Made by a program: the position numbers and the translations under genes. 64,000 bases of DNA from Paragordius varius (Eukaryota; Animalia; Nematomorpha): the NCBI GenBank assembly GCA_964247055.1, contig OZ176057.1, positions 4,092,001 through 4,156,000 on the forward strand. Direction: 5' to 3'. Below are positions 1 to 12,100 of this stretch, piece by piece; the stretch's first letter is position 1, and each line of letters starts with the position of its first letter. The notes under the pieces were generated by a model that saw only the letters and a program-made list of their open reading frames with translations, did not search any database and was not told the DNA's origin.

Positions 1-794
1 CTTGTATATAAAATAAAACAAAAATTTTATATTTTATTTTAGCATTTTTTGTCTATCTGGTTTATGAGTGTATAAAAAATTTATACTGTTTTATTTTGGA
101 ATTTTAGATGAGAGGTAATTTTAAAGTATATAATTTTGCAAAATAGGATTTAAAATAATGGAAAATTAATCAACGATCCGTACAAATCACAATACAAATA
201 TTAAAGACTTGTTACAAGAATTTGTAAGGATCGTTGGTTAATAATCCACTAATTTAAATCCTATTTTTCATTATTTATATATTTTATAAATCGCATTCAT
301 GTAAGATTCCAAATAAAACAGTTTAATTTTTTAAACACTCACAAACCAGATGACAAAAAATGTATAAAAAACAATATTTTTTGGTTTTATTTTAATATAT
401 AAGTTTTTTACTGAATAAATATGGGTGTTAAGATTTTAATAGTGAGTTTAGCTAGTAAATATATATTAATATATTTTCATTAAATATTTTTTGTCTTTTA
501 AGAGTGATAAAAGAAAAACGCCATCTTTTGACCTAAAATTTTATATATAGAAACCCAAACTATATGATTAGGCTATATATATTAAAAATATAATAATAAA
601 CGATAAAATTTCAGATTTTATCATTATTTTTTGAATTATCCTTAATTATCTCTAATTTTCACTTTTGCCCGATTTCGATTTTCTCTCAATATTTCAAAAA
701 CTAGGTTGTCAAATAATTTTTTTACGGCAAATGAATACGCATAAGCTATCTCATGAAAAAAATTTTTTTTTTACCCTGTTTTTTGTGCACAGTG
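1..794. mobile_element. Foldback (near-palindromic) non-autonomous DNA transposon, right ~800 bp of a ~1.2-kb family member
   Basis: Self-complementary about ~200 (gatccgtacaaat...atttgtaaggatc). 1-770 is a diverged copy of 30850-31650. Ends ...gtgCACAGTG at 794 followed by TATATA. Confidence 0.8.
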
Positions 795-874
795 TATATA
801 TATAAATATGTATATAAATAAATATGTCTATATATAGTAAAATTTTATATTATACATACAAAATGTAAAACAGC

Positions 875-876
<2 letters not shown>

Positions 877-906
<30 letters not shown>
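877..906. repeat. (TA)n microsatellite; similar tracts at ~1735, 3731, 23230, 30406, 34688, 50388, 51966, 52214, 54785, 61461
   Basis: Direct reading of sequence. Confidence 0.95.
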
Positions 907-910
<4 letters not shown>

Positions 911-1537
911 CGGATAAAAAAGAAACTCAATAAAAAATATTTCAAAATCATAATTATTTGGTTAATGTAGAAATTAAACTTTAATTAAGTATGGTTCCTA
1001 AAAATATTTGTCGCTCGGAAAGTTCATTAAATGTCTGAAAAAATATAAATTTATTCACAGTTTATGTTCACAATTTCAATTTTTTTATATTTTATATGTA
1101 TAATAAAATCGCTTTGGCGTAGTTAACTGTAAATATAATCGAGTAAGGGTAGCCAAAATTAATCTTACTTTTGTACCACCTATAAATTTCAATAATATCT
1201 CCCACTAAATTTATTATTTTAAATCTAAGTTTACCAAAAATCTCTCTGTTTTATAGATAATACGCATTGTGAAAATTATTATAAAGAGCCAAATTTTAAA
1301 ATAGTTTATTTTTTTTAACCCAATCTACATACATAGTTCTATGGACTACCTCCAATTTTTATACGGTAACGAGAGCTTTTGTAGCCCATTTTGGTATTCT
1401 TTTTCAAAAATGTAACTAATAACAATGAAAAATGTCATACATGGTATTATATTTGAATAATCTTTTATCCATTCACACTATCGTTATGGCTTAGATTAGT
1501 GCTAGTTACTGTAAAAAATAATTCGTATAAGTAATTA

Positions 1538-1720
1538 TCAAATCAAATCAAATCAAATGCTCCTTTTTTATCACAGATGTTACCCAGAACCACCTCCTGA
1601 CGCTATGTTAGTATGCCTAGTTCGAGGTTGTTCGCACTGTGATGTTGTCGTTAGCAATGATGGAATTCCACTAACCTGCTTTTCAACTCTCCTACCTTAA
1701 CCAGCATAAAATCGGACGCA
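1538..1720 (-). mobile_element. Probable 5'-truncated LINE/SINE 3' end with (TTTGA)n tail
   Basis: atcaaatcaaatcaaatcaaat at ~1538-1559 is a (TTTGA)n tail on the - strand, adjoining ~160 bp with markedly higher GC than the surroundings. No TSD found. Confidence 0.4.
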
Positions 1721-2110
1721 TTTCATATTTTTTGAATATATATATATATATATATATATAACTAATAAATTATAGCTAATACATTATTGATCGATCGGCA
1801 AAAATTATCATTTTAATAAATCAAACCGTTTAACTAAATCCAGCTTTCACACAAAAAGAAAACCGATTTAGGATATATTATTAAAACATCGGCTAATCCT
1901 GTACTAAACCCAAATGCATATTTTAGTTCCAAGATTTGTTTTATGCATAAATTGATATATATATATATAAAATATTTTGTAGTAAACTTGTAAAATTTTT
2001 AAAATGATTAATCCACTGTCTGTTTTTTTGTGATTTGCTGTATATGAGCTATGACGAAATTTCTGAATATAGTAATAAATTAATGGAAATTTTTGTTTTC
2101 CTATAATATA

Positions 2111-2390
2111 CAATAAAATTCTTATACGGACAAAACGTAAAAATATAAAGATAATTATTTTTTTCTAAAAGACAAGTCCATACTTTTTTAAACCCTAATT
2201 TTCCTAAATAAGATATTTAATAATAAATGTAATATATTGAATTGACTGAGATACCAATATACATCTTAATTATACACCCATTTATAATTTATATTTTAAA
2301 AGATGGAGTTTAAAAAAGTGTGGTTTTCTTTTGAAAAAAAATTGTTTTAACATTTTTACGTTTTGTCCGTATAATATTAATTTTTATTTT
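2111..2390. mobile_element. Tc1/mariner-like MITE (family shared with 22802-23065)
   Basis: TA|CAATAAAA start; inverted tacggacaaaacgtaaaaat / atttttacgttttgtccgta; homologous to 22802-23065. Confidence 0.6.
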
Positions 2391-3728
2391 AAAAGAAATA
2401 ATTACATAAAAACCATCTATTGCTGGTAATGATTTATGCATAACATATTAATTAAAGCTATTATTGGTCATTTCATTTTAATTGGGTTAATTTTCATATC
2501 TATTGCCATGTATAAGATTTTTTGTTTTTTACCTATTAAAATGTTGAGAAAAAAACTTAGTTATTATTTATCTAATTCAATTAAAAATTCATATATGACA
2601 ATAGACATACAATTTAAAAAAAATAGCTCAGAAACACCGTAATAACTAAATAATAGACTTTAATGTATTTGAGTTTTAGCTAATAATTAGGTACTTTAAC
2701 TATTTCCATAATTTTTGATATGTCACCTTTGGGTGATTATCTGAGAGTAAAATTTAAATAGATTTAACATTTGGTACATATGCAGGTACTTTTTAAATAC
2801 GTATATATCCAAAAAAATTGAGGGAAATAATTTAGGACCACAAAAATAAAAGAAAGTAATATTGAATTTTGAATGTTACCCTTATTAGCCCACAGTATTA
2901 ATTTGGAGTTGTGCGTTGGAATTTATTTTATGGTCTAGTTTAATAAACACAAACGCTTTGTCTATTATTAGAGGGGGGATTGCAAATTGAGATACTGACA
3001 AAAATACCCCTTTAATGTAACTTCTAGGCCAGAAAATAAATTTTGATTAATAATAAAAAACTTATTCAAAGCCTTTCGTTTTCCATATGATTGTAAGTTA
3101 TTACCATAAAACAAGATATAACTGTTACGGGTTGAATATCTAATTATATATAGTCTATTCTGCAAGTCCGTAAGTTAATCTTTAGAATAGTTTCGAATTT
3201 TCATTTGCTATACTTTTTTAAACAATTATATTTCAACATCATCATTATCATCAAATAATTTATTTATTGATTATATTTTTCGTATATTTAAGATTTAAAA
3301 TTTTTTATGTTACATAATATATAAATAAGACAATCAAATTTTGTAGATTTCTACCAAATATAAATTATAAAATATATGGGAAAATTAAATTATATTAACC
3401 AATACATCTCCCAATAATTCCACTTGATTTATGGATTACAGTTAGCTATTATAATTATATGCCATAATTAGTTTAATAAATATTTATGGAATTTTTATGC
3501 AAATAATTCAAAAAATGTGTTTAACTTTAATATTTCTTCTTGTTTATTCAAACCTTTTTTTACAAAAAAAATATTTCCCAGACCTCATTTTATATATGCC
3601 TTTTTAATAGTTTGCTTATTATGGTGGCTGGCTTGTGAAATTTGAGTTAATCTTTTGCAATAAATTAGGTTTCACTTTTAATCTGTAACAAATATTTAGA
3701 TTTATTATTATTATAAATTTTAATTAAA

Positions 3729-3759
<31 letters not shown>

Positions 3760-5393
3760 AGTATTCTTGAAAAGTATAATAAACTTTAAAAAATTATGTG
3801 AATTTAATTTAAGTAAAAAAACTAATGAAATACAGAAACTGGTTAGAGATTTATATCGATTTTTGCGATATATATATATAAATTGTATGCTAAAGTAATG
3901 TGGAAAAGTAATTTTAAAGTTAATGAATGATACATAGGAAAGGTTTTACAAGTAGATTTTGGATTCGTTCGTCTAAAAAATAAATGTACTACCTAGGGTT
4001 GTGCATTTGACTGCTTTTTCAAAAAAGTCCGGTTAGACTCGGTCAGACCATGGCCATGACCACGGTCATGACCACTTTACCTAAGTAAATACATGTGATA
4101 TTGGATTGTAAAATAATGTTCGAACAACACTTGGGTTTTACTAATAGTGTCAAGTTTTTTCTTAATTATATATAATACATTTTTTTATATTTACATTATT
4201 TTCAATCAAATTTAATCAAAATTTTTTAAATAAATTTGCCACATTCTTGTGGCCTCCTGAATCTTCAAATTTATAGCTTTTGATATAGGATATTTCAGAT
4301 AAAATTTTAATTGTTTTACACTTTCTTTCATCATTGAAATATCCAATTATAATTTCTTTTTACATTTTATTGGTTCATATATATAGAATAATCGCATATT
4401 TGAAAAATGCTTGATTGTTTTCAAAATAGGATGTGCTAAATGTTAATGCTATAAAAATGCATGTTTAACAATTTTATATTGCTAAATATATATATTTTAA
4501 CTTATATTATATACTTGTGTGAAATCAACTCAACAAACTAGGCTCAGAATACCTTTTATAGTTAAATAAAAAGTATTTGTTTGTATGTTTCCAGAAAATT
4601 AGGTTGAAATACAATATTTTTGAATCAAAAATATAGCTGACTAAATAGAATAATATATTTTAATTATTAATTTTGACTGGGTATACAAGTTGTTTTTAAA
4701 TTGTTGACCGACTTTTACAATTTTTATACAGATGAGTGCGATTGCTAAATAATGCATTACGAAAAACATTTAACGATCAAATTAAAGATATATAGAATTT
4801 TTCACATTATTAATCGAATTTAGATAGAATGAATATTTTTTGCTTAAAACACACTTGTACTGTGTAGTTATGGAAGCATGCATCCCCTACGACCGGTGTT
4901 TATTGTCGTTTGAAGCCATAATTGAAATTAAGTGGTTATAATTACCTCATAAATACATTGTTTAGTCTGGAATCATTTAGATGGGATAATCCAAGGGTTA
5001 ATTTTTATAATGTGCGCTTAACTATAATTATTTACACAAACACATAAGACTATTTATGGATTCAAATGTTCATATATCTCTTCTAAAAACTGAAATTTTT
5101 AAAATTATTTAGATAACTTAATTTTTCTTTTGCGAAAAAGTTTTCACGGGAGAAGCGCTTAAACAAAGGAGACATGTTGGAATGCTGAATGTTTGGTAGA
5201 TATTAAAATAATAGAAAATTTCTTATATTAAGAGTCAGTAATATTGTATTACGGAAAATGACTTCCACATAATCACGCTCGCCGCTTTCATAAATGAAAT
5301 ACAAAATCATTATTAAGCTTAAATGAGCTTACACAATTCCCCAAAAATAAGCCAACATTACATTATTAAAAACATGTATATTTATATCTAGAT

Positions 5394-5640
5394 CAGGGGT
5401 GTCTAACACAAATGGCACGGGGCTGCTATATATTCATAGGCATTTATAAATAATTTATTAGGTTTGTAACGTATTACTGATTTAAACATAAAACAATTTT
5501 CACTAGTTTTTGCCTATTAGGTAGGCTTATGAAATAATTATTTAAGTAATATCAATTTTAAGATGTTTCAAACATATTTTTGCAATTCATGGGCTCCCAA
5601 TTTTTTTCCAGGCCTTACATACAGTCTCAGACGCCGCATG
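5394..5640. mobile_element. hAT terminus/MITE remnant of the same family as 61391-63814
   Basis: CAGGGGTGTCTAACACAAATGGC matches the left end of the 61391 element (CAGGGGTGTCCAACACAAATGGC); preceded by ATCTAGAT. Right end not confidently located. Confidence 0.45.
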
Positions 5641-6985
5641 TAACCCTCCAAAAAAAACGATATTTATATACAATGTAATTACAAAGAAACTCATAAACTA
5701 ATCAAAAATAAGGGGCTAAATCTCGATTAATTTACAAGCGAAATAATACCATGTGCAATTTTTCAGGCCATAAAAAGTTTTTCGTATTGTTAAAAATAAC
5801 TTATATTAGCATTTTTAAAGAGATTGAGGTTTTACCCAGAGGTAAAGAAGTATTATAGGAGTATTACACTTAACTAAACCATTATTGAATTCATATTGTT
5901 TGATAGGCAGATTCTTAACCCCCGCTTTGTTATATGGTGCGCAACGGCTTATAATCAATAGAAAAAGCGCAAAAGATAATTTTAAAACAAAAACGTATCC
6001 AAAATTTATCAATGAATCCATGTTCTCTCATTTTTAATATGCTCATCAATTTATATTTTGTGACTTAGTTCTTATTCAAAAGGTGACTTACACGTGATGG
6101 GAAACAAAACACCTAGTTCATTAAAAAACTTGCTCACCGTCGCTAAGCGCATTAAAGAAAAAAATATACACACATTTTCCGGAAAAGCTTGCCAGAATTT
6201 CGTTTTGATAAATATATGTATATAGGAGGTAAATAGGGCATCACTTAATGACGAGATCATAAAATATTTAGGATTGAGCATAATCGGTTCATTATTAATG
6301 GGAAATGTAGAAGGCTGCTGGAAATAGCGATATAGCTTAGACCTGCGTCTATAATAAATACATGAATTTGAAGAAATAGTGCATAATTTGTGGGAACTTA
6401 GTTTCTTGCAAAATAATTTTACAGGGGAAGCATTTAATACAAAGGCTGATTCACAGTAGCTCGGCTGTGTTCGGTGCATCCATAAACAAACTATAAAATT
6501 TTTTGGAATGTGAATAATCCCCGTTTCGGAGAAAATTGTGTGAGAAACACGATCATTTAACATTTTTTTAAGTAAGATCAAAATTTTTTTTTAATTTTAC
6601 AAATATATTAAATTTACAGACCAAACGTAATAATATAATTACAAACACAGAGAAGCATACTTTTTGAACTTTTATTTTTTGTATTGTATGTTAAAAAACG
6701 TATATATTTCCATCACCAATTTACCCTTTTATTTTCATAATCTGTAAATGTGTTATATTTTGAAAAAAAAAAAATTATTTGTCTTATTTTACGTAGTGTC
6801 TGTAATTTTTATTTTTATTTTACCATGTATTTTACAGAATAGACAATAATATTAAATTTTGTCGCCTTTCTTTCCTTTTCGTTTTTAAATAGGCTATCTA
6901 TTGATTACACAATAACCCCTCATCAGATATCATGTGCTTAAAAATATATAAAAATGTTAATTGCTTTAAGCATATTCGATTTTAA

Positions 6986-7289
6986 AACTTCGATTTAAAT
7001 TGGGGTATATAAATACCCCAGACTAAATTTTAGTTAGGATTTTTAAAAACTGCTGAAGGAAACGGTCCAAATTAAAATTTATTTTTACCTTTCCGTTTAG
7101 CTTAAAATAAGTGATATTTTTGATTATTTTTTTTTATATGTTTGGTTAATAATGTTATATAAGTGCAAATATTTGCCATGGTTTCGATATTTTCCATTTT
7201 TTTAAATTTAATTTCAAACAGGCCTGGGGTATCCAACTACCCCAATTTGAATCGAAAGACTGAAATGAATGTGTTGTACATTTGTTGTG
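6986..7289. mobile_element. piggyBac-like MITE, internally deleted copy
   Basis: Homologous to 19513-20081 (ttggggtat..aataccccagac; aggcctggggtatccaactaccccaatttgaatcga); TTAA at both ends. Confidence 0.6.
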
Positions 7290-8028
7290 TTAAAGGCTAG
7301 AAGTTAGGTCAAAAATTATTATCATTAATTATTATACATACAATTTTTCCATAATCACTGTCAGCCCGGGCAGGAGAGTGTTAAAGCCTTCACATATCCA
7401 GAAACAATTTAAATCCTTACCCTTTAATAAAAAGAAAAAAAGAGACTCTAAACTGTATTTTTTTTAATTATTATACACGACACGTTAAGGTGTTGTATAT
7501 ATAAATAGATAAAACGAAAAAATATATAGGATATAATATTTATCCAAAAAATTAAAATTAATTGGATAATCTATTGCAATGAAAAATCTCTTCCATTCTG
7601 TTTTTCCATAAAGCACAATCTCTATTTTTTGTCTCCCTCTAAAAATCTTTTTTACGATAGGTTTTTCCTCCCTCATTATTTTTTTTATTAAAAATGATAA
7701 GTTTTATATGTTTTAAAAGTTTTATTGTTATTATTAGTATTGTTATAACAAAATATAAAATAGATAATATTTACATACACACATCTTATCGATTCTCTTA
7801 AACACTGTATGTAATAAAGTACAAAAAAATTGATTTTTAGTTTTTTCATAATTTACTTGACTAACATAAAAAACTCTTTATTTTTGGCAATATTAATAAA
7901 CATATTATGGTTGTAATAAAACCACAAATGGCGAAACACGAGGAATACCAATTCGAGATTTATGTTTATAAGATATCCTTGCACATGTCTTGTACGCAAC
8001 TCAAAATGATTAGTTAATTTAATGTGCA

Positions 8029-9149
8029 ATGCAAAAGAATACGCCAGCCCAAAATAATTCTGAAGGCCTGAATAAGTTTCCATCAAATAATCATGCTGTT
8101 TCAAGCTCTGATAGATCCCCTTTTTGGAAAAACTTAAGAGAGGAAATTAAAAAAATCGGGGAAGATGTATCAGGAAAATCTTTAACGCGCGAAAGCAAAC
8201 GGTCAGAACCTGATATTGCTATAGATGGTTTACAATACGGATTCAAATCACCCCTCCAAATGTTAAACCAAAACAATGGTCAAAATATTTCCAACGTATC
8301 GCTTTCTTCCGATAGTACCGATTCAAAATATGATCATACGCATGAAAAAGATGTGAAAAGTAGCGAAGATAGTATAAATGAAACAGATCCTATGTTATCC
8401 GCTAATACCTGTACTATTAATGATAACAACAACAAACAGATTGATAGGCAAAGAACATCACTCGAAACTCGAAAAACACATAAAAATGGCAACAACCTCA
8501 ACACTTTGTCATCTCGTACGAGTTTTCCCTTTTTAGGCGTCACTATTGGTAAAGGAAAACAAAATTTTGCTATGTTACGGAAATCAGATACTATCCGTAA
8601 AATACCCAAAAAAAGAGTTTTTACCTATAAGAGGGGAAGCAAAAATGATAAGGACTCTGTGACATATCAACAAACGCATGAACCAAGAACTTGGACCCCA
8701 GATTCTTATAATGATTTTGACGGGAATACAAGAAAATCAGGTGATGCAGAAACAGTAGACTCCATATCTATCTCAAAAACATTAGGTGCTATAAAAATGA
8801 ATCCATTACTCCATAACAATAATCATTTAGTTCATACAACTAGTCAAAACAGTTTATCCAATAATCCCAATCTCAATGCCAATATCAATTCCAAATATGG
8901 GAAAGCATCCCACATAAATTCGGGAAATACCAATAACACAAACAGTAATAGTAATTCAACGCTTTACATGATGTCCCACCATGATAAGAATGTGGCAACA
9001 GTCAAAACTTACATTAAATCCGTCTTCCAGCCTGCGGATAATAAGCTTGCGATCAAACTTTTTGGGTCTAAAAAGGCCGTCATGCAAGAACGAATGAGAC
9101 AAACCCAGTCTGGGCACAGTTGGGTCATACACCCCTGTTCACATTTCAG
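8029..9149 (+). CDS. HCN: HCN exon 1A: long low-complexity N-terminus plus HCN domain
   Basis: ORF ends [41 protein letters not shown](R); donor AG|GTAAAT at 9150, phase 2, matching the acceptor at 24221 (AG+A=R, then FYWD). In-frame stop just upstream of ATG 8029. Confidence 0.92.
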
Positions 9150-12100
9150 GTAAATTTTGTATAATATATGTTACATAAACGCTAAAACTGAATTATATAC
9201 AGTCGTGCTTGTCTTCAAATAGTGTTAATACCTAATGTTCAAAATCACTAAATTTATATATACAATTTCTATTCTACAGATTGCTTTAAATTGTCAATTA
9301 GGTTGTCTATTCTTCATTCTACACTTGATATCATTATTTCAAGGTTACTTAATTACTGATAATTAACATAAAAATTTTACCATTTTATTACATGAGTAAG
9401 TGAGAAATCATAATTCTCACGGGATTAATGATTTTTGCTCCATAGAGCTAACGTAGATGATCAATATATTAACTTATAATTAATTAGGAAATAGTAGATA
9501 AGCGAACCCAATTATTATAAAGAATCGACATCGTTAACATATTTGAAATATAATTTTAATTTATTTTTGCGTTAAACATATATTTTAACACTAATTTAAT
9601 ACACCCTATCTTCTTAGTAGCAAAATGCAAAGTAGACTTAAAATTCAATATATCCATTTACACTTTGGAATCACCCTAAAATAAATTATGGATTGTTTAA
9701 GATAAAAAATTACCTAGATTTTTATGTATTCTTAAAAATTTGTTTAAAATCAAAATAGTACTGAAAAAATAATAAACAAAGCCATAAAGAATTTTATATT
9801 AATATTATTGTAGCCTGAAAACACATAATTTATTTTTAGTGGATTTGAATTGTTCAACGGTGAATTTGAATGAGGGGGAAATTGAATAATAAATGGTATA
9901 TTTTAGGGGGAAGCAATATATTATTTTTTCTTAAATTTATATGGTCTATTTTGGTATAAAGAATTTTTTTGGCTTAAACAATATGTCGGTTATATTTGAT
10001 CAAAAAATTATTTATTTCTAAATAGCTTTTTTAATCGACAAGTTTCTCATCCAACATAAATTATTATTTTTTATATAAAAGATTTTGTCAACCTATATCT
10101 GTGTATAGTAATTAATAATTACAGTTATAAAAAACGGTCAAATTTAACCATTCTTAAATGTAAAATTTTGATGTTTTTAGTTTTGATATGTGCACTTACT
10201 TATTTATTTTAACTATTGTTTTGCTTAATACTGCATTAATTTTTATTTTTTACGAAAGAACATTTTGGGGTATTTTTTACCCCAGTTAAAATAAAAAACA
10301 AACTACTGTTTTGAAATTGTTGTGGTCAATATTTTATCAAAGCCTGTTCTTCTGTTTTAAATATACCAGTTTTTCTTCTACAGTATAAGATAGCTCCAAT
10401 CGAAATAAACTACCTTGATATCAATGAATATCAAGTCTTTGCTGGTGCTACCTGAAAGCTTTCTATAGTTAGTTTCCAGTTTCTAACCATAACATACATT
10501 TATTTACCAGTTATATCAATTTCAAAAAATTTATGGTGGCATAAATTTGAGGTGATTTTATTTACAATTTCAAGTTTATAAAATAAAATTTTGTATCATG
10601 AGCCCAAAAGCCAAAAAAGGCATATTTTTAATTTTGCCTCAATGATGAAAATATGAAGATATTTAAATTTTAAATCGCTCCGTATCAAACTACCCCAAAA
10701 AGTCATGTGTTTATCTGCCAAGATAGCATTTGTGAGAATTGTTCTTTAAAAAAAGATTCAAAAACCATTTTTTATTCCAGTTACACAGTTCAAATACCTT
10801 TCATATATTTTTATTTTAATAATGGAGATTAAGAGAAAACGATTATCTTATATTTTTGATGTGTTAATTATATTTAAAAAATTTGACGTATACGCTGCTA
10901 TCTGTTTAGACGCCCTATATAAGTTCTAATTAAATATTTTCTTGACAAATGTGATAATATATAATAGAGATATATAAACTTTACTACGTTTCATATTATC
11001 ATCATGCATTCGGATATTATGATCATTGTCCGATAATTATAAAAAGAATTTGGGAAAAATTCAACAACCGATACCAATAAAATATTTGGCTAGGTTAAAT
11101 TTGAACCAAAAAATGCAATTTTGCGGTATACGATCATATTTATCGATAAATTTATCCATATAATATTCACTAATTTGTATTAATTTATACAACGCTGATT
11201 ATGAACTTTTCCATAGAGTTCGATGAAAAAAAACGTCAAAAAATCATTTTTTTAGATTTAGGAATTTTTAAACCCCGCTAATTTTGGCTATTTAAAATAA
11301 AATGGAAAAAAAATTATATAATTATATATTTTGTCAATTATTATTGATTAGCATTAAAATCAAAAATCTTACTCTGAAAAAAGCGGTGCCAAATTTTTTA
11401 TATAAAAGAGCTGAAATGGCAATTTTGGGGCTACTAAACCTATATTTATCAAAAATTCTATTTTTTGATCATTTTTTTCGTGTGGATCTGCATATACTTT
11501 ATTAAAATTTAAAAACTTCCAATGATTTAGATCAGAGGTGTTCACTACAAATAGTTTCACGGGCCGCAGTTTCAGCTCAAAAATATGGCAGCCATAGAAA
11601 AAAATTATAACAAATAACCACAGTTGAATATATTTCTGTGGGATGGAAAACCATTCAAGAAGTTAAGTTTATCATCGTGTCAGGTACCCTACCTGCCACA
11701 TCATGACCCTTTCAGAATGTTAATTAAATTAAATAGATATAATTCCAAATATATCATTTAAAAATAATATTATAACGTAAATCATGTAGATTATTTTACT
11801 ATATTCATTTAAGTTAATTTGTTTAATTATAAGCCGACAAAAAATTTTGGAGGGCCGCATGTGGCTTTCTGGCTGTGTGTCCGGCGCCCCTAGATATTAT
11901 AGCTGTTTACGATAAAAATTTTATAAAAAACTATTCTGTTAACCACTTTAAAAATTTTATTTTTTAAAGGTGTTGTTAATGGTCTAAAAAAATATTTTTT
12001 TTAGGAAGTTTTAAATAGTCATTTAAGAGATTCACCGAAAATATCGCGGGAAGGTTTGACCGCATACTACTTTTATTCACTTTTGGTTTTGGCCCTTACG

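Noticed and set aside
4025-4085. Short GC-rich palindromic patch (ccatggccatgaccacggtcatgacca)
   Set aside because: Single short occurrence with no flanking TIR/TSD or RNA-gene boxes; cannot be assigned.
6072-6300. GPCR-like TM2/TM3 pattern in ORF 6072-6581 (PKYFMISSLSDALF...FW...C)
   Set aside because: Resemblance is too weak: no DRY-like motif and not enough hydrophobic segments.
8091-8609. Antisense ORFs over HCN exon 1A (also 29087-29440, 53755-53937, 57407-57658, 58286-58781)
   Set aside because: Shadow ORFs on the opposite strand of real coding exons.
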